Source of the DNA: Scenedesmus sp. PABB004
Lineage: Eukaryota
Reading direction: 5' to 3'
DNA: 64,000 nt
Assembly: GCA_014905635.1 (NCBI GenBank)
Contig: JABVCE010000012.1
Location: 868,001 to 932,000 of the forward strand
The translations under genes were made by a program, and so were the position numbers. How positions within the stretch are numbered: position 1 is the first letter of the stretch; every line of letters begins with the position of its first letter. The notes below the pieces were generated by a model that searched no databases, was not told the DNA's origin, and worked only from the letters and a program-made list of their open reading frames with translations. Below are positions 47,201 through 59,836 of this stretch, one piece after another.

Positions 47201-48430
47201 GCCCCACGGGTACGGCGCGGGCGGCGGCGCGGCGCCGCCGGGGTCGCGGCCAGCGCTCGGGCGCGGCGGGGCGCCCGCGGCGGCAGCGCCGCCGAGCGGC
47301 AGCGCGGTCAGGCTGACCGGGTCGCAGCGGAAGCCGCCGTGCAGGCCCTGCGGGCGCAGGGGGGCGACGCGGCGCGGGCGCCGGCGTGCGTGGGCGGCAG
47401 GCGCGCCGCACGCCCGCGGCGCCGCGCGGCGGCCTTGCCGCGCCGCGGGCGCGCGTCCGCCCCGGCGCCCCCCGCGCGCACCTGGTCGAGCCACTGCCGC
47501 GCCGCCGCGTACTGCGCACGCTGGAAGAGCAGCGCGGCCGCGGCCTCGTGCGCGACGGCGGCGTCCTTGAAAGCCATGGTGAAGGCATCGTACGTCACGC
47601 GCAGGCTCGCGCCCGCCTGCGCTGCGCCGCCGCCGCCGGCGCCGCCGCCGGCGCCGTCCGACGGCGTCGCGGACACCGTCGACAGGCTGCTGCTGCCCGG
47701 CGTCGCGTCGCCGGGCGTCGCCGGGCGCGGCGGCGGCGGCGGCGCCGCCGCGCCGCCGCGCCCGCGGCGCCCGCGCCGAGGTCGACCCCCGCCATGCGCG
47801 GCTTGTCGGTCGAGTCGGTCACCTCCACGCGCAGGCTGGCCGGGCCGGCGAGGGAGACCTCCAGGACCTCGTGGTAGTTCACCAGGCGCAGCACGCCGAC
47901 GCCCGCGCCGTCCGCGCCGTCGGCGGCCGCCTCGAGCGCGGCGACGTCGAGCACGAGCGCCTCGGCGCCCGTGAGCACCAGCAGCGTGCGCTTGTTGCGC
48001 GTGAACACCTTGGCCGCGCGGTACTCCGCCTCCGCCACGAACAGCGGCCTGGCGCGGCGGCGCGGGCGGCGGCGGTCGCGGCAGGCCGCGCCGGCGGCGC
48101 CTGCCGGCCCCCCGGCCGCGCGCCAGCCGCCGGCAGCGCGGGCGGCGGCGGTTGCAGGCGCGCCGGCGGCGCCTGCCGCCCGGCCGCGCCCCCGCCGCCG
48201 GCGCCCCACCTGGGCTGCTGGGACAGCCACACGGTCCGCCTGCGCTTGCCAGAAATCTTGCTGACCGTCTCCTGCGCCCGGCAGCGGCGGCAGCAGCGGC
48301 GGTGGCGGCCCGCGCCCGCGCGTGCGCGCCCCATCGCGAGTGCGCCGCCCCCAGGCACGCGCACATCGTGGCGCCCTGCTGTCCGGAGCAGCGCGTCGCC
48401 GCTGGCAAAGGCCGCCGTGGACGCCGCCAT
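44203..48430 (-). CDS. CRAL-TRIO/Sec14 lipid-binding protein with a long N-terminal extension (possible PH-like region and hydrophobic hairpin)
   Basis: C-terminal exons give YDLAGF, HYYPERL...VINAP.WF...W.LLS.FLD.NT.AK and NVPAEWGG. The N-terminal model needs 1-2 frameshifts or short introns (~47750, ~46900), so the 5' extent is uncertain. Confidence 0.7.
44880..44980. repeat. Degenerate telomere-like (AAACCCT-type) tandem repeat inside an intron
   Basis: gcaaaaccctatt / gcagagccct / gcaaacccctt / gcaaaacccct / gcagaaaccct / gcagagccctta / aagccctta, AT-rich relative to the flanks. Confidence 0.55.
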
Positions 48431-49100
48431 CGCCGGAGCTCCGCCGTCTAGGCGGTTGCTGCTGCCGCCATCGCCGGGCCGGGCCGCGGTGCGGTCGGGG
48501 TGCGTGATCGCTCGGGGATGGGTTGCGTCGTTTGGGCAGAGCGGCGGTTCTGTTGCACGCGCACGGCACGCTCAAAGCGTCAAAGGTCGTCATAGAACGC
48601 ATTGGTCAGAAGCCTTCACTTGAGCAGTTTAGAAGATCTGCGACAGCGCGCAGCCACAGAAGAACACCCTCCTTTAGCAAGCCCCGGTCTCGTGAACAAG
48701 CCCCGTCCCGTGAGAACGGAACAGCCGCGCAGTGGGCTGGGCGTGCCGGCGTCCGTCGGCGCCAAGCACCTGCACCAAGCCCACGCGCCCGCAAGCCAGC
48801 CCGGTCGCCGCAGCACCACGGCACCATCATAAAAGCGTGAGGCATCATCACATAAGGGCGTAAGGCATCCGTCCCCAGCTGCGTGGGCAGTCCTCAAAGC
48901 ACATGCGGGCGAGCGCCCCCCTCGCCATTCCCCCCCCCTCCCCCTCCCCAGGGGCGCGCCAGCGGGGGCGGCCCAAGGGATGCCCGGCGGCGCGGCGCGT
49001 GCATGTTGTGCCACAGTCCAGCAATAAGCGAGCAGGGCGCGTCGTGCGCCCGGCGGGCAGTCAGTGCGTGGGTGGGTGGAGGGGCTCTCCGCTCGTTCGC

Positions 49101-49181
49101 TCACATGCGCTGCGGCAGCGCCGCGCCCAGCGACTGCAGCAGGCTCACGACGTTGGCCGCGAGCGCCGACGGCGGCGGCGG

Positions 49182-49228
<47 letters not shown>

Positions 49229-50790
49229 GCGCCGCCCTGGAACGCCAGCGCGGCGCCGCCGCCGTCGGCCGCCCAGCGCGGCGGCGGCAGGCCGATCGGC
49301 GGCGGCGGCGCCGCCGCGACAGGCGGGGCCGGCCACGCCGGCGGCTCGTCCGGCGGCGCGAGCGACTCGAGCACGAGCGTGAGCACCGCCTGCACGCACG
49401 TGCGCGTGTTGGCCATCGTCTGCCGCAGCGACGCCGCGTCGCGCTGCGCCTCAAGCAGCTGCTGCTGCAGCGCCGACACGTTGCCGCCCTGCACCGCCGC
49501 GAGCTCGCGCTCGCGGCGCTGCGCGGCGCGCAGGTCTGCCAGGTCCCGCGCGAGCGACGCCGCGTGCGCCTTGGCGCCGGCCAGCTGGCGCTGCAGCGCG
49601 CCCGCGTGCGCGCGCGCCGCCGCGAGCTGGCTCTCCAGCTGCGGCACGCGCGCCGCGGCGCGCTGGTCCGCGCCGTCGCCGCGCCGCGGCGACGCCGCGC
49701 CGGCCTCGGGCGCTCCGCGCTCGCTGCCGCCGTCGGCGGCCGGCGGCGCCGCGGGCGGCTGCTGGCCCAGCAGCAGCAGCTGCGCGCCCGCCTCCTCCTC
49801 GCTCGTCATGTCTGAGGCCGGCTCGCCGTCCCCGTCGCCGCGCAGAGAGGCGCACAGGGCCTCGTGCTGCGACCCCGCGCCGCGCGGTGTGGTGGCGCCC
49901 TGCGTGCGCCGCGGGCGGCGGGCGACGGTGAGCTGCGGCAGGGGCGCCGCGCGCGGCCGCGGCGGCGCCGGCGCGGCGCGGCCCCTGCGCGTGCTCACCG
50001 CGCTGCTCGCCGGCTCGCCGCGCTCGGCCGCCTCCGGCTGCGGCGCGCCGTCGCTGGCGTCGGCGCTGCGCGGTGCGGCGGGCCAGCCCGAGAGGGCGCC
50101 GGCCGCGCCGGCGAGGCTGGCTGCGTCGCCCGCGATGCGGGCCTGCAGCAGCACGCGGCGGCTGCGCGCGTTGTCGAGCTGCGCCTGCAGCGCCGCCAGC
50201 TGCGCGTCCATGGCCCAGCCCTGCTCCTCCTCCCCACGTGGCGCACGCTGCATGCCGGCGTCGTCCTGCACGGCGGCGGCGGGCCGCGGCGGGCCGTCAC
50301 GCGGCGGGCGTGCCGCCGGCGTCGCAGCGGGCGCCCCGCAGGCTCGCCCAGCGCGCTGGCCGACGGGTGCAGCACTCACCGCGACGGTGCCGTGCCAGCG
50401 CGCGCCCTCAGAGGGCGAGCTCGAGCCGGCCCGCGGCCGCAGCGCGGGGGGCGGCTCCGGCCCGGTCCGTGCGGCGCCAGCGTCGCTGGAGGGCAGCCGG
50501 CGCTTGCGCCCGCCGGGCCCCGTCACCGACGCGGCCACGCGCGCCCAGACCTCGCGAGGATAGTAGCGGCCCTTGGCCAGCGCCTGGCTGCAGGGCGCGT
50601 CGGGGCGCGGCTGGTGCACGGTGAAGCACGGGGCGCAGCAGAAGTGGCCGCCGCAGTCGTCGCAGACGAGCCGATTTGCCCACAGCACGTAGGCGCTCGT
50701 CTTGTGGCCCCGGTTGCCCTGCGGCTGCGTGCACGCGGCACCAAGGATGCACCTCACGCGGCCCTCCCGATCGCCTATCGCAGAGGCCAT
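49101..50790 (-). CDS. Protein with an N-terminal piggyBac-CRD-like zinc finger and coiled coils
   Basis: ATG at 50790; RC....C..KT...CDDC....CCAPCF.VH; KRR basic motif; in-frame introns 50266-50379 and 49900-49998; heptad-rich segments. The likely C-terminus (..LLQSLGAALPQRM) needs a frameshift at ~49225. Confidence 0.6.
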
Positions 50791-51277
50791 GTTGCGCGGG
50801 AGGCCGGCCCGGCAGGCGCTGCGCCGGCCTCGCCAGGCCCCGCCGCGGCCGCGCTGCCGGTGCCCCCGTCGGCGGAGAATAGGGCCGATCACCCGGGCGC
50901 GCGCGCGCGGCGCTGTGCACGCTGGGCGCGGCGTGCGGGCGGACTTCACATTTGCAACACGGGCCCGTGGAACCCACGGGCCGTGGAACCCTCGCGCCGC
51001 CCCGCGCAGCGCCACGGCCGCGCCGCACCCAGCACACAGCCGCGCGGCGCCGTGGCGCCGCCCGCCGCGCCGCGGCGCCGCCCGCCGCGCCGCCGGCGCC
51101 GGGACGGGCCGCGGTGCGCGGTGCGGTGACGCCCGCGCGGCGGCGCGCGGGCCGCGCGCGGCGCTCTCCTCTCTGCCGCGCGCCCACGGGGGCCCGCCAC
51201 GCCGCGCGCCTCGCTCGCGCGCGCTCGGCCAAAAAGGGGGCGGGGCCGCGCGGGCGGGCCGCGCCGCGCGGCGGCGG

Positions 51278-54200
51278 TCAGGCCCGGGCCGACATGAGGC
51301 CCATCACGTAGAAGCCGAGCTCCTCCTTGGCGCTGAACGTAAAGTCCATGTGACCGTAGTCAAACTGACGCGCGGACCGCGGGGCGCGGGGCGCGCGCGG
51401 CGGGGCGGCGGGGCGGCGGGGCGAGGGTTGGCGTTGGCCGGGGGCGGGCGGCGCAGAGCGCGGGGCGCGCAGAGCGTGGGCGCAGAGCATGGGCGGCCGC
51501 GCGCACCTGGCGGTAGCTCACGTCCACGCCCGCCGCGCGCATCGCGTCAAAGTGGCGCCGAATGTTGGCCGCGGGGATGACGCCGTCGGCGACGCCCGCG
51601 ACGAGGTGCACCGGCACGCCGCGCAGCGTGCCGTACGCGGCGGCGATGTCGGGCGGCGCGCGCGCGCCGCCGTACGCGGCGGCGTTGGCGGCGGGGGAGC
51701 CGTAGTCGTACAGCTGGCAGCGCCGCGTGACGTGGAGCTGGATAAAGTGCATCACCTGCGCGGCGCGGCGCGGCGGGCGGCGTGAGGGCGGCGTGAGGGC
51801 TGGCGCCGGGCGCGCCAGGGGGCCTGCAGCGCGCCGCGTCTGGTGCGGCGGGCGGCGCGAGGGCGGCGCGAGGGCTGGCGCCGGGCGCGCCAGGGCGCCT
51901 GCAGCGCGCCGCGTCTGGCGCAGCGGCGGCGGCGGCGCGCGACGCGCGGCGGCGGCGGCGCGCCTGCAGGCTGCTGAGCAGCGGCATGCCCGCGGCGGTG
52001 TAGTGCGGCATCAGCAGCGCGCGGTCCCACGCGGAGCTGTCGCCGCCGAGCAGCAGGCGCGCCGCGGCGCGCAGCAGGTCGCCGACGGCGGGCAGGCGGC
52101 TCGTGTCGACGGTCAGCTTGAACGCGAGCATGCGCGCCAGCACCGTGGGCAGGTGCACGGGGAACGCCTGCGCCCGCGGCGCGCGGCGGCAGCGGCGGCC
52201 GCTCGGCGCGCCGCGCAGCGCGGGGCCGCGCCGGCGCGGGGCTGCGCGGCGTTGACGCGAGCGCACGCGTTCCGACAGGCGCGCGCCTTTTGGCGCCACA
52301 CGCGGCGCATCACGGCCATGAGCGGCCGCCAGACGTACACGACGGGCTTGAAGACCCACGGGATGGTGTCGTGGAAGCCGGCGGGGCTGAGCAGGATGAG
52401 GCGGCGCACGTGGTGGCGCCGCCCCGCGGCCGCGCGCTGCGTGCAGAGGATGAGCATGACGAGGCCGCCGAGGCTGTGCGACACGACGCGCAGGTCGTAC
52501 GGCTCGCCGCCGACGCCGAGCGCGCCGGGCGCGGGCGCCGCGGCCGCGCCCGGCGCGGGCGGCGCCGCCTCGGCCGCGCGCGCCGCGGGCGGCGGCGGCG
52601 CGGGCTCGCCGCCGGCGCCGCGCGGCGAGAAGGGCCACGGCCAGCTCCGCGCGCTCGGGCTCGGCGACGCGTCGCACGCGTCGCCGTCGCCGACGCCAGC
52701 CCGCACGCCCAGCTGCGGCGTGGGCGCGTCCGGGCTGCTGCCGCTGCGGCTGCTGCTGCCGCTGCCGCTGCTGTCCCGCTGCCGCCGCCGCTGCCGCCGC
52801 TCGCGTCGTCGCCGGCGCTCAGGTCGGGCGCGCTGGACACGTGCCGCATGCGGCCGCTGCCGCCGCCGGCCAGCCGGCCCCAGAGCGCGCGCGCCATGCC
52901 GCCGCTGTCGGTCGAGGCCGCCGCCGCGTCGCCGCTGCAGTCAGCCGCTCCGGCGGCCCGCACAATGTGCGCGGTGCAGCCGTCCGAGCTGCTGCCGCCG
53001 CTGCCGTGCTGCTGCCGCGCCGCGGCGCCGGCGCCGGCGGCGGCGGCCACCGCTGCGGCCGCGCCCACCACGCCGGCCGCGCCGGCGGCGAGCGCCTCCG
53101 CCCTGCTGGCGGCGCCGACCGCGCCCGCCGCGGCTGCAGCGGCTGCGGCGGCGGCGTCGATGTCCAGCGACCCAGCACGCTTGCCCGGGCTCGTCGTGCG
53201 AGCGCGCGGCCGTCCGGCGCCCGGCAGCAGCCACCAGCCGCCGTCCGCGGCGCCGTCCGAGACTGTCTTGCCATGCAGCGGCGTCAGGCCTGCCGCCGCG
53301 ACCGCGGCGCGGTGGCGGCTCAGCGCCACCGCCGCCTCGGCCGCCGCCGCGGCGTCCGCGCGCGCCGCCGCCGACTCGGCGCGCGCCGGCGGCGCGCCGC
53401 CGCGGCGGCCGCCGCCGGGCGCAGGGCCCGCGCTGCGGCCGCCGGCGGGGAAGCTGTCGGCGCCCTCGTCGTCGCCTGCCGCGGCGCCGCTGCCGCCGCC
53501 CGCGGCGCCGCCGACGCCGAGCTCGCGCGTCTTGGTGGCATGAATGTGGTCGATCTGGGCGCCCATGTCATACAGACCGACCTCGTTGTGAGTGTACAGC
53601 CAGTACGCGCTGCCGGCGCGCCGCGGGTCTGGCGCGGCGCAGCAGCGCGGCGCGGGCGGGCGTCGCGCGTGAGGCCGGGCGGGGCGCGGCGGGGTGCGGC
53701 GCGGCGCGGCGCGGCGGGGCGCGGCGGGGCGCGCCGGCGCGCACCGACGGCCGCGTGCGGCGGGTTGCTGCGGCTGCTGCCGAGCCAGACGTCAAAGCCG
53801 GCGTCCCACGCCGCAAACGCCTGGCTGCCGGTGATGCCGCCCGACACCCAGGTCAGCGAGGTGTCCAGCACGCCGTGCATGAAAAACACTGCTCGCCGCG
53901 GCGGCAGGCGGCGGGCGGGCGGGCGCCGTTTGTTCAAGCTGCCGCCGGGCGGGGCGGCGCACCGGCGCGCCACCGCCGCGGCGCGGGCGCGGGCGCGGCG
54001 CGCCGGGCGCACCCGTGTCGGACGCGCCGGGGCGGGGGATGCGCTCCATGCGCAGCAGGTAGCCGTCCGGCGTTGCAACCTCGTGCACCTCGAGGGGGTA
54101 CCCGGCGAGGCGGATGACCTGCCCCGCCGACGAGACGTCGCGCAGCTCCGACACCGCGGGGCCCGAGTGGCTGCGCTGCAGGCGGCGGCCCCCGCCGCCG

Positions 54201-56375
54201 GCCGCGCCGGACGCGCCGGCGGACGACGAGCGCCGCCGCGCGCGCGCGGGGCGGGCGGCGCCGGCGGCGGCGTCGCCCGCGCCGCGCGCGGGGTGCTGCT
54301 CGCCCCACGCGCGCCGGGTCATGGCGCTGTGGTGCTTCTCCTGCACGCGCGCGCTCGCAAAGGGCGAGGCGCCCGCGGGCTGCGGCACCGCCTGCGCCTG
54401 CGACGGCTGCGACGGCTGCTGGCACGAGGCCCCGCACGCGCCCGCGCCGGCCGCGCCCTGCTGTCCCGGGCTCGGGGCCGCAAAGGCGACGCGCGTGGTG
54501 GCCAGCCCCGTCAGCACCGACGCGGCGCGGTTGCGCGCGTGCCCGCCGCCGGTGGGCGCGCCGCGGCCGCCGGCGGGCGCCAGCGCGCTGCGCTGCGGGC
54601 TCGCGACGTTGCTGCCGCCCGACAGCGCCGGCCGCAGCGACTGCCGCGGGGACGGCGACGCCGCCGACGCCGCGGGCGACATCTGGCCGGGCGGCGTGGC
54701 GGGTGGGCCGCCCTCGCTGCCGCTGCTGCTGCCCTCGTCGTCCTCGTCCGAGTCCGCGCCTGCCCAGCGCGTGGCGGCGCGCTGCGGCGGCGGCGGCGGC
54801 GGCGGTGACCGACCAGTGCGGGCGCGCCGCGCGGCGCTCGGGCTGAGCGGCAGCCGGCTCACGCGCCGAGCAAGCGGGCTGCTGCTCAGCAGCTGCGCAG
54901 CGCCAGGGCGCGCACCGGCAGGTCGATGGACGTGCAGCTGCGCCGTCGGAACACCGGCGCCGAGGAGGGGTTCAGCGCGCTGCTGCTGCTGCGCCGCTTG
55001 GGCGGCTGGCGCCCCGCGCCGCCGCCGCCCCACAGCCGCGCGACGGCGCCGCGCACGCCCGCGCGCGGCGCGCCGGCGGTCGGCGCTGCTGTTGTGCTCA
55101 CAAAGGTGAGCTGGGCCACCAGCCAGCGGATGGCGTCGAAGACGCGCGCCACCAGCAGCTGGCTGAAGAGGCTCGCGTCCTCGAGCAGGCCTGCGCGCAA
55201 CGCATGGCGTGCAGCGGCGCGGCGTCGGCGCGCGGCGTCGGCGCGCGCGAGCGGCGGCCGCGCCCCGCAGCGCGGCGCGGAGCGGCGCGGCGCGGCGCGC
55301 GCCGCCGCCACCGCTGCCTGCGCGCGCCCGCGCCGGCGCCGCGCACCCGTGCGGCGGATGGCCTCGTGCGCGCCCCAGCCCGCCTGCGGCTCAAACACGC
55401 TGCGCATGTTGCGCGCGAGCGCGCTCGCCGCGGCGGCGGCCTCTTCGACGGCCTGCTCGGCCGCGGTGACGACGCTGCTGGCCGCCTGCTGCACCCACCA
55501 CTGCGCGGCGCCGTCGGGGTCCGCCGCCGGGCGGTCGTCCCCATCCGGCGCGATCTCGCCGCCGCCCGCGCCAGGCCCCGCGGGCGCGACGGCGCCCGCC
55601 GCCGCCGCGGCCGCCGCCGGGCCCCTGCTCGGCCGCCGGCGCGTGGCGCTGCCGCTGCTGCCCGGCCGCGCCCACAGCGCGGCGCGCGGCGCGGGCGCGC
55701 CGCCGTCGGGCGCGCCGCCGGTGGCGCTGCCTGCGCACGCCGCGCCGCGCCGCGGCAGGGGCCGGCGGGGCGCCGGGGTGAGCGCGGGAGCGGGGGCGGC
55801 ACCGCCGCGCGGGCGCGGGCGCTGCCGCGCGCCGCACCTCCGCGCTCAAACTCTCGCGCCAGCACGGCGTTGAGCGTGCCGCCGCGCCGGCTGTCCTGCG
55901 CGCCCCACCAGCTGTGCCGCGCGGCGGCCTCGTCCCAGCGGCCCCGCAGCTGGGCCTTGTAGTCTCGATTGAACACTGCGGCGCGGGGGGCGCGGCGGGG
56001 GGCGCGGTGCAGCATCAGCCGCTGCGCGCAGCGGCGGTCGCAGCGGCGGCGAGAGGCGGCTGGCCTGCTACCCGCGGCGCCAGGGAGGGCGGGGGCGACA
56101 GGGCCTCCTCGCATCGCCCCGGCCGCGCCAGCCGGCGCGCACTCGGCGGCGAGTGCGGCGAGGTGAGCGTGTCGGCGCGCCGCTGCTGCCGCCTCACCGC
56201 CGAGCACCCAGGCGCTGGTGCCGTTCACGGCGCGCTGAATGAGCGCCAGGGACTCCCGGATGAGGCTGGCGATCGCCTCCTGCGCGCTGTCGAGCGCCGC
56301 CAGCACCGCCGCCGCCCAGGGCCGCACGACGAGCGCGTGCCAGCCCGCCAGCAGCGACGCGAGCAGCGCCGCCAT
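51278..56375 (-). CDS. Alpha/beta-hydrolase lipase (acid lipase / steryl-ester hydrolase-like), multi-exon
   Basis: GYPLEVHEVATPDGYLL.MERIP, VFFMHGVLD, GFDVWLG..R, YW.Y..NE.G.YD..AQID, nucleophile SHSLGG, G..DGVI, YGHMDF. Frameshift at ~52776. Confidence 0.88.
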
Positions 56376-56732
56376 GGCCCCGGCAGAAGCCAAGCGATCG
56401 GCCGCTCACTGCAGCGCACGGCGCATCGCGGCGGCCCCGCGCGGCGGCGCGGCAGTTGGGCCCCGCGGTGGCAGCGCGGGTGGCGAGCGGCGCGCGGGGA
56501 CTGGGATAGCGGCAGCACAGCGAGCGCGGCGCCGCGCTGGGCAGCGCCGCAGCGCGAGCGACGTCGGCGAAACGACGGCGGCGGTTCGGCCGGCAGCGCT
56601 GGATCCGCTGCCGCGTGTCCCCAGACTGCACTCGCGCGCGTGGCGCACGCGCTGGCAAAGGGGCAGCGGCACGCGGCGCACACGCGCGGCGCGCGGCGCA
56701 GCAGCGGGCGGCGCAGCCCTAGCGCTGCGGCC

Positions 56733-58929
56733 ATGGTCGGCCCCGACCCCGCCGCCGACGGGCTCGGCGCCCGTGATGCGAACGACGCCGGCGCTCCCGT
56801 GCCCGGCGGCGCCGCAGCGGCGCAGGAAGCAGCAGCAGCGCCGGACGGTCTGGTGTTCGGCGAGCTCGACGACGGCGACAGCGACGTCTTTGCCACGCCC
56901 CTGGCCGCCAGCCGGGCGGACTCCTGCGCGCTGAGCGACCCGCCGGGCAGCAGCGGCGCGAGCCCCGCCGCCGCGGCGCTGCAGGCCGCTGGCGCGGCGG
57001 CGCTGCGCGGCGCCGGCGGGGACGGCGCGCCGCCGCAGCTGCAGGCCGCGGCGACGGACTCGCCGCACGCGGCGGCGGCGGCAGCAGGGGCCGGCAGCCC
57101 CGGCACGCAGCAGCACGAGCCGCGGGCGTGGCGCGAGGGCAGCGGCCTCGTCACGCTGGCGGCGCCGGGGCAGCGCGGCGGCGCGTCCGTCGACGGCGAG
57201 GGCACCGACCCCGGCGGGCCGGAGCCGGGCAGCGGCAGCGGCAGCGACAGCGACAGCGACGCGGGCTGCTACAACACATACGAGGCGGCTGCGGCCGACG
57301 CTGCCGCGTGCAGCAGCAGCGGCGGCGGCGGCGGCGGCGGCGGCAGCGCATTTGCTGCCGCAGGCCCGCAGGCGGCAGTCGCGGCCCACGCCGGCGACGG
57401 CGGCGGCGCACCCGTGCCCACAGTCGCGGCCGGGACAGCGGCGCAGCACGGGCCCCCGGGTCTGAGCCCGCCCAGCTCGCCGCTGGGGGGATGACCCTCG
57501 AGCGCTCGGCGTCCTGGCAGCTGCAGCACGCCGCGGCGGCGGCGGCCGGCACGGCGGCGCACACCGCGCCGCCGCGGTCGGACATGCAGCTGCCGCGCCT
57601 CAGGTGCGCGGCGGCTCGGCGCGGCCGCTGCGCGCTGGCTGCCCACACGTGCGCCCCCCTGCTGGGCCTTGCTGCTGAGACCTGCGCCCGCCCGCCCGCC
57701 CGCCCGCGCGCTCCGCGCCGCCCAGCAGCGTCAGCAGCAGCGGCAGCAGCCCCACGAGCCCGCACGGCGAGGACGGCTGGGCGGCGTGGCAGCGGCGGCG
57801 GCGGCACGTGTTCGTGCTCACCAGCGCCGGCAAGCCCGTGTTCAGCCTGCACGGCAGCGAGCAGGCGCTCGCGGGTGTGCCGGCGCGCTGGCGCGCGCAC
57901 CGCGCCTCGTCGTCAGTTAAACCCCGGTGCTCAAGAACGCGCCGCGCCGCAGGGTTCACCGCCGTCATCCAGGCGCTCATCAGCGTCGTCGCGGACCAGG
58001 GCGACGCGATCCGCTCGCTCTCGGTCGGCTGCGCGCAGCTCTCGTTCCTGCTCGCCGGCCAGCTCTACCTCGTCGCCGTCAGCAGCCGCGGCGAGGCGCC
58101 CGCGGCGCTGCGGCGGCAGCTCGAGCTGCTGTACCAGGCGGTGCTCATGGCCGTCACGTCCGGTGCGCCCGCGGCGGCGGCGGCGGCGGCGGCAGCCGCT
58201 GTCGGCGCGCCGCCGGCGGCCACGCCGTCCCCCGCGCTCACCGCGCCCCGCTCGCCGCGCCGGCAGGCATCGAGCGCACGCTCACGCGCAGCCCCGGGTA
58301 CGACGCCGCCGCGCTGCTCGCGGGCTCGCGCGGCAGCCTCGCCGCGCTCTCGCGCTCGTTCGGCGACTGCCCCGGCTGGATGCTGGGCACCATCGAGCCC
58401 GCGTCCGCGCCGCCGGCGGACCGCCGCGCGGCGGGCGCGGCGCTGGCAGAGGCGGTCAAGGTGCGCCGCGCCGCGGGGGCGCGCTGCGCGGGCACAGCGG
58501 GGGCGGGCCGGCGGCGCCGTCGGCGCCGACGGCGCGACGCTGGGCCCGGCCGCGCGCAGGCGAGCGGCGCGCTGTACGGCGTCGTGTTTGTCGGCCGGCG
58601 CCTGCTCGCGGTCGCGGCCGGCGGCGGCGCGCCGCCGGCCAACGTGTACGACCTGCTGCTGCTCGCCAACTTTGCGTGCACCAATGAGTCGCTGCGGTGC
58701 GCGCGCCGCCGCCGCGGGCGCGCGGGGCGGGCGGGCGCCTGCGCGCGCGTGCGTGTGTGCGCTCACGCCACCGCCGCCGCCGCGACCGCCGCGGCCGCCG
58801 CACCACCACAGGCACAGCGAGACGTTTGTGCCGGTCTGCCTGCCCAACTTCCAGCCGGGCGCGTTCCTGCACGCGTACGTCCAGCACCTGGAGCTGGCCG
58901 AGGGCGGGCAGCAGGCGCCGCAGCAGGAC

Positions 58930-58992
<63 letters not shown>

Positions 58993-59836
58993 GGGCGCGG
59001 CAGGGGCCGGCGGTCGCGGTCGCGCGACGCGCCGCCCGGCAGCGTGTTCCTGCTCCTGCTGTCAGGCTCGCCGGACGCCTTCCACAGCCTCGCCGCGGCG
59101 GCCGCGGGCTTCACGTCCGCGCTCGCGGGGCCGGGCGGCAGCGGCGGCGCGCTCTCGCGCGTCGCGGCGGCCGCCGCGCTGCCCAGCGGCGGGCGGCTGC
59201 GCGCGGAGGCGCTGCCGGCGCCTGTCGGTGCGTGCCTCGAGCCGCGCGCGCGCTGACACGCCTGCACGCGCGCTCACACGCCGCCGCCGCCGCCCCTGCT
59301 GCCGCTGCCGCGCGCGCGCGCCGCCAGGCGGCGCGCCCGGCGCCACGCCGCTGTGGCACGCGGTCGTGCGCTACCCCGCCCGCCGGCAGCACCTCTGCCT
59401 CGGCTACGCGGCCGAGCTCTTCCCGCGCCGCGCACAGCGCAAGCTGCTCGTGCGCGCGTACGCGCGCCTCTTCTGCGCCGCGTACGCGCCGCAGCTCGAG
59501 CCACCGCCGCACAGCAGCGCCGGCGCGGGCGGGCTCGGCCCGCTCGCTGGCGGCGGCGGAGGCGCCAGCGGCGGCGTCGCTGGCGGCATCGCCGGCATTG
59601 TCGGCGGCGGCGCGGGCGGCGGCGGCGGCGCGGGCGCGGCGCGGCCAGCGCACAAGCTGGTCTGGGTGAGCGGCACGCGCTGGGTCGTCGCGGCGCTGGT
59701 GGACCGCGAGTGCGAGGTCTACTGCACGTTCGACCCGCTCACGGAGAAGGACGTGGGGCTCGCGCTCGCGGAGCAGATGCGCCGCGCACTCGCGGACCGC
59801 GCCGCCGCCGCGGAGCTGCTCGTGCCGGGGCTGTGA
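56733..59836 (+). CDS. MON1: Vacuolar fusion protein MON1/SAND (Rab7 GEF subunit)
   Basis: W..RRRHVFVLTSAGKPVFS.HG.E..LAGF.AVIQALIS, LYLVAVS, DLLLLANF...ESLR, ETF.PVCLP.F...AFLHAYV, E.Y..FDPL. The N-terminal extension needs +1 G at 57485-57490; otherwise the start is at 57491. Confidence 0.9.
58933..58989 (+). repeat. (CAG)n poly-Gln tract in MON1
   Basis: About 19 Gln codons in frame within a MON1 exon. Confidence 0.9.

Noticed and set aside
15755..57495. Programmed ribosomal frameshifting or phase variation as the cause of the frame breaks
   Set aside because: No shared slippery motif; the pattern fits homopolymer assembly errors. Cannot be supported without reads.
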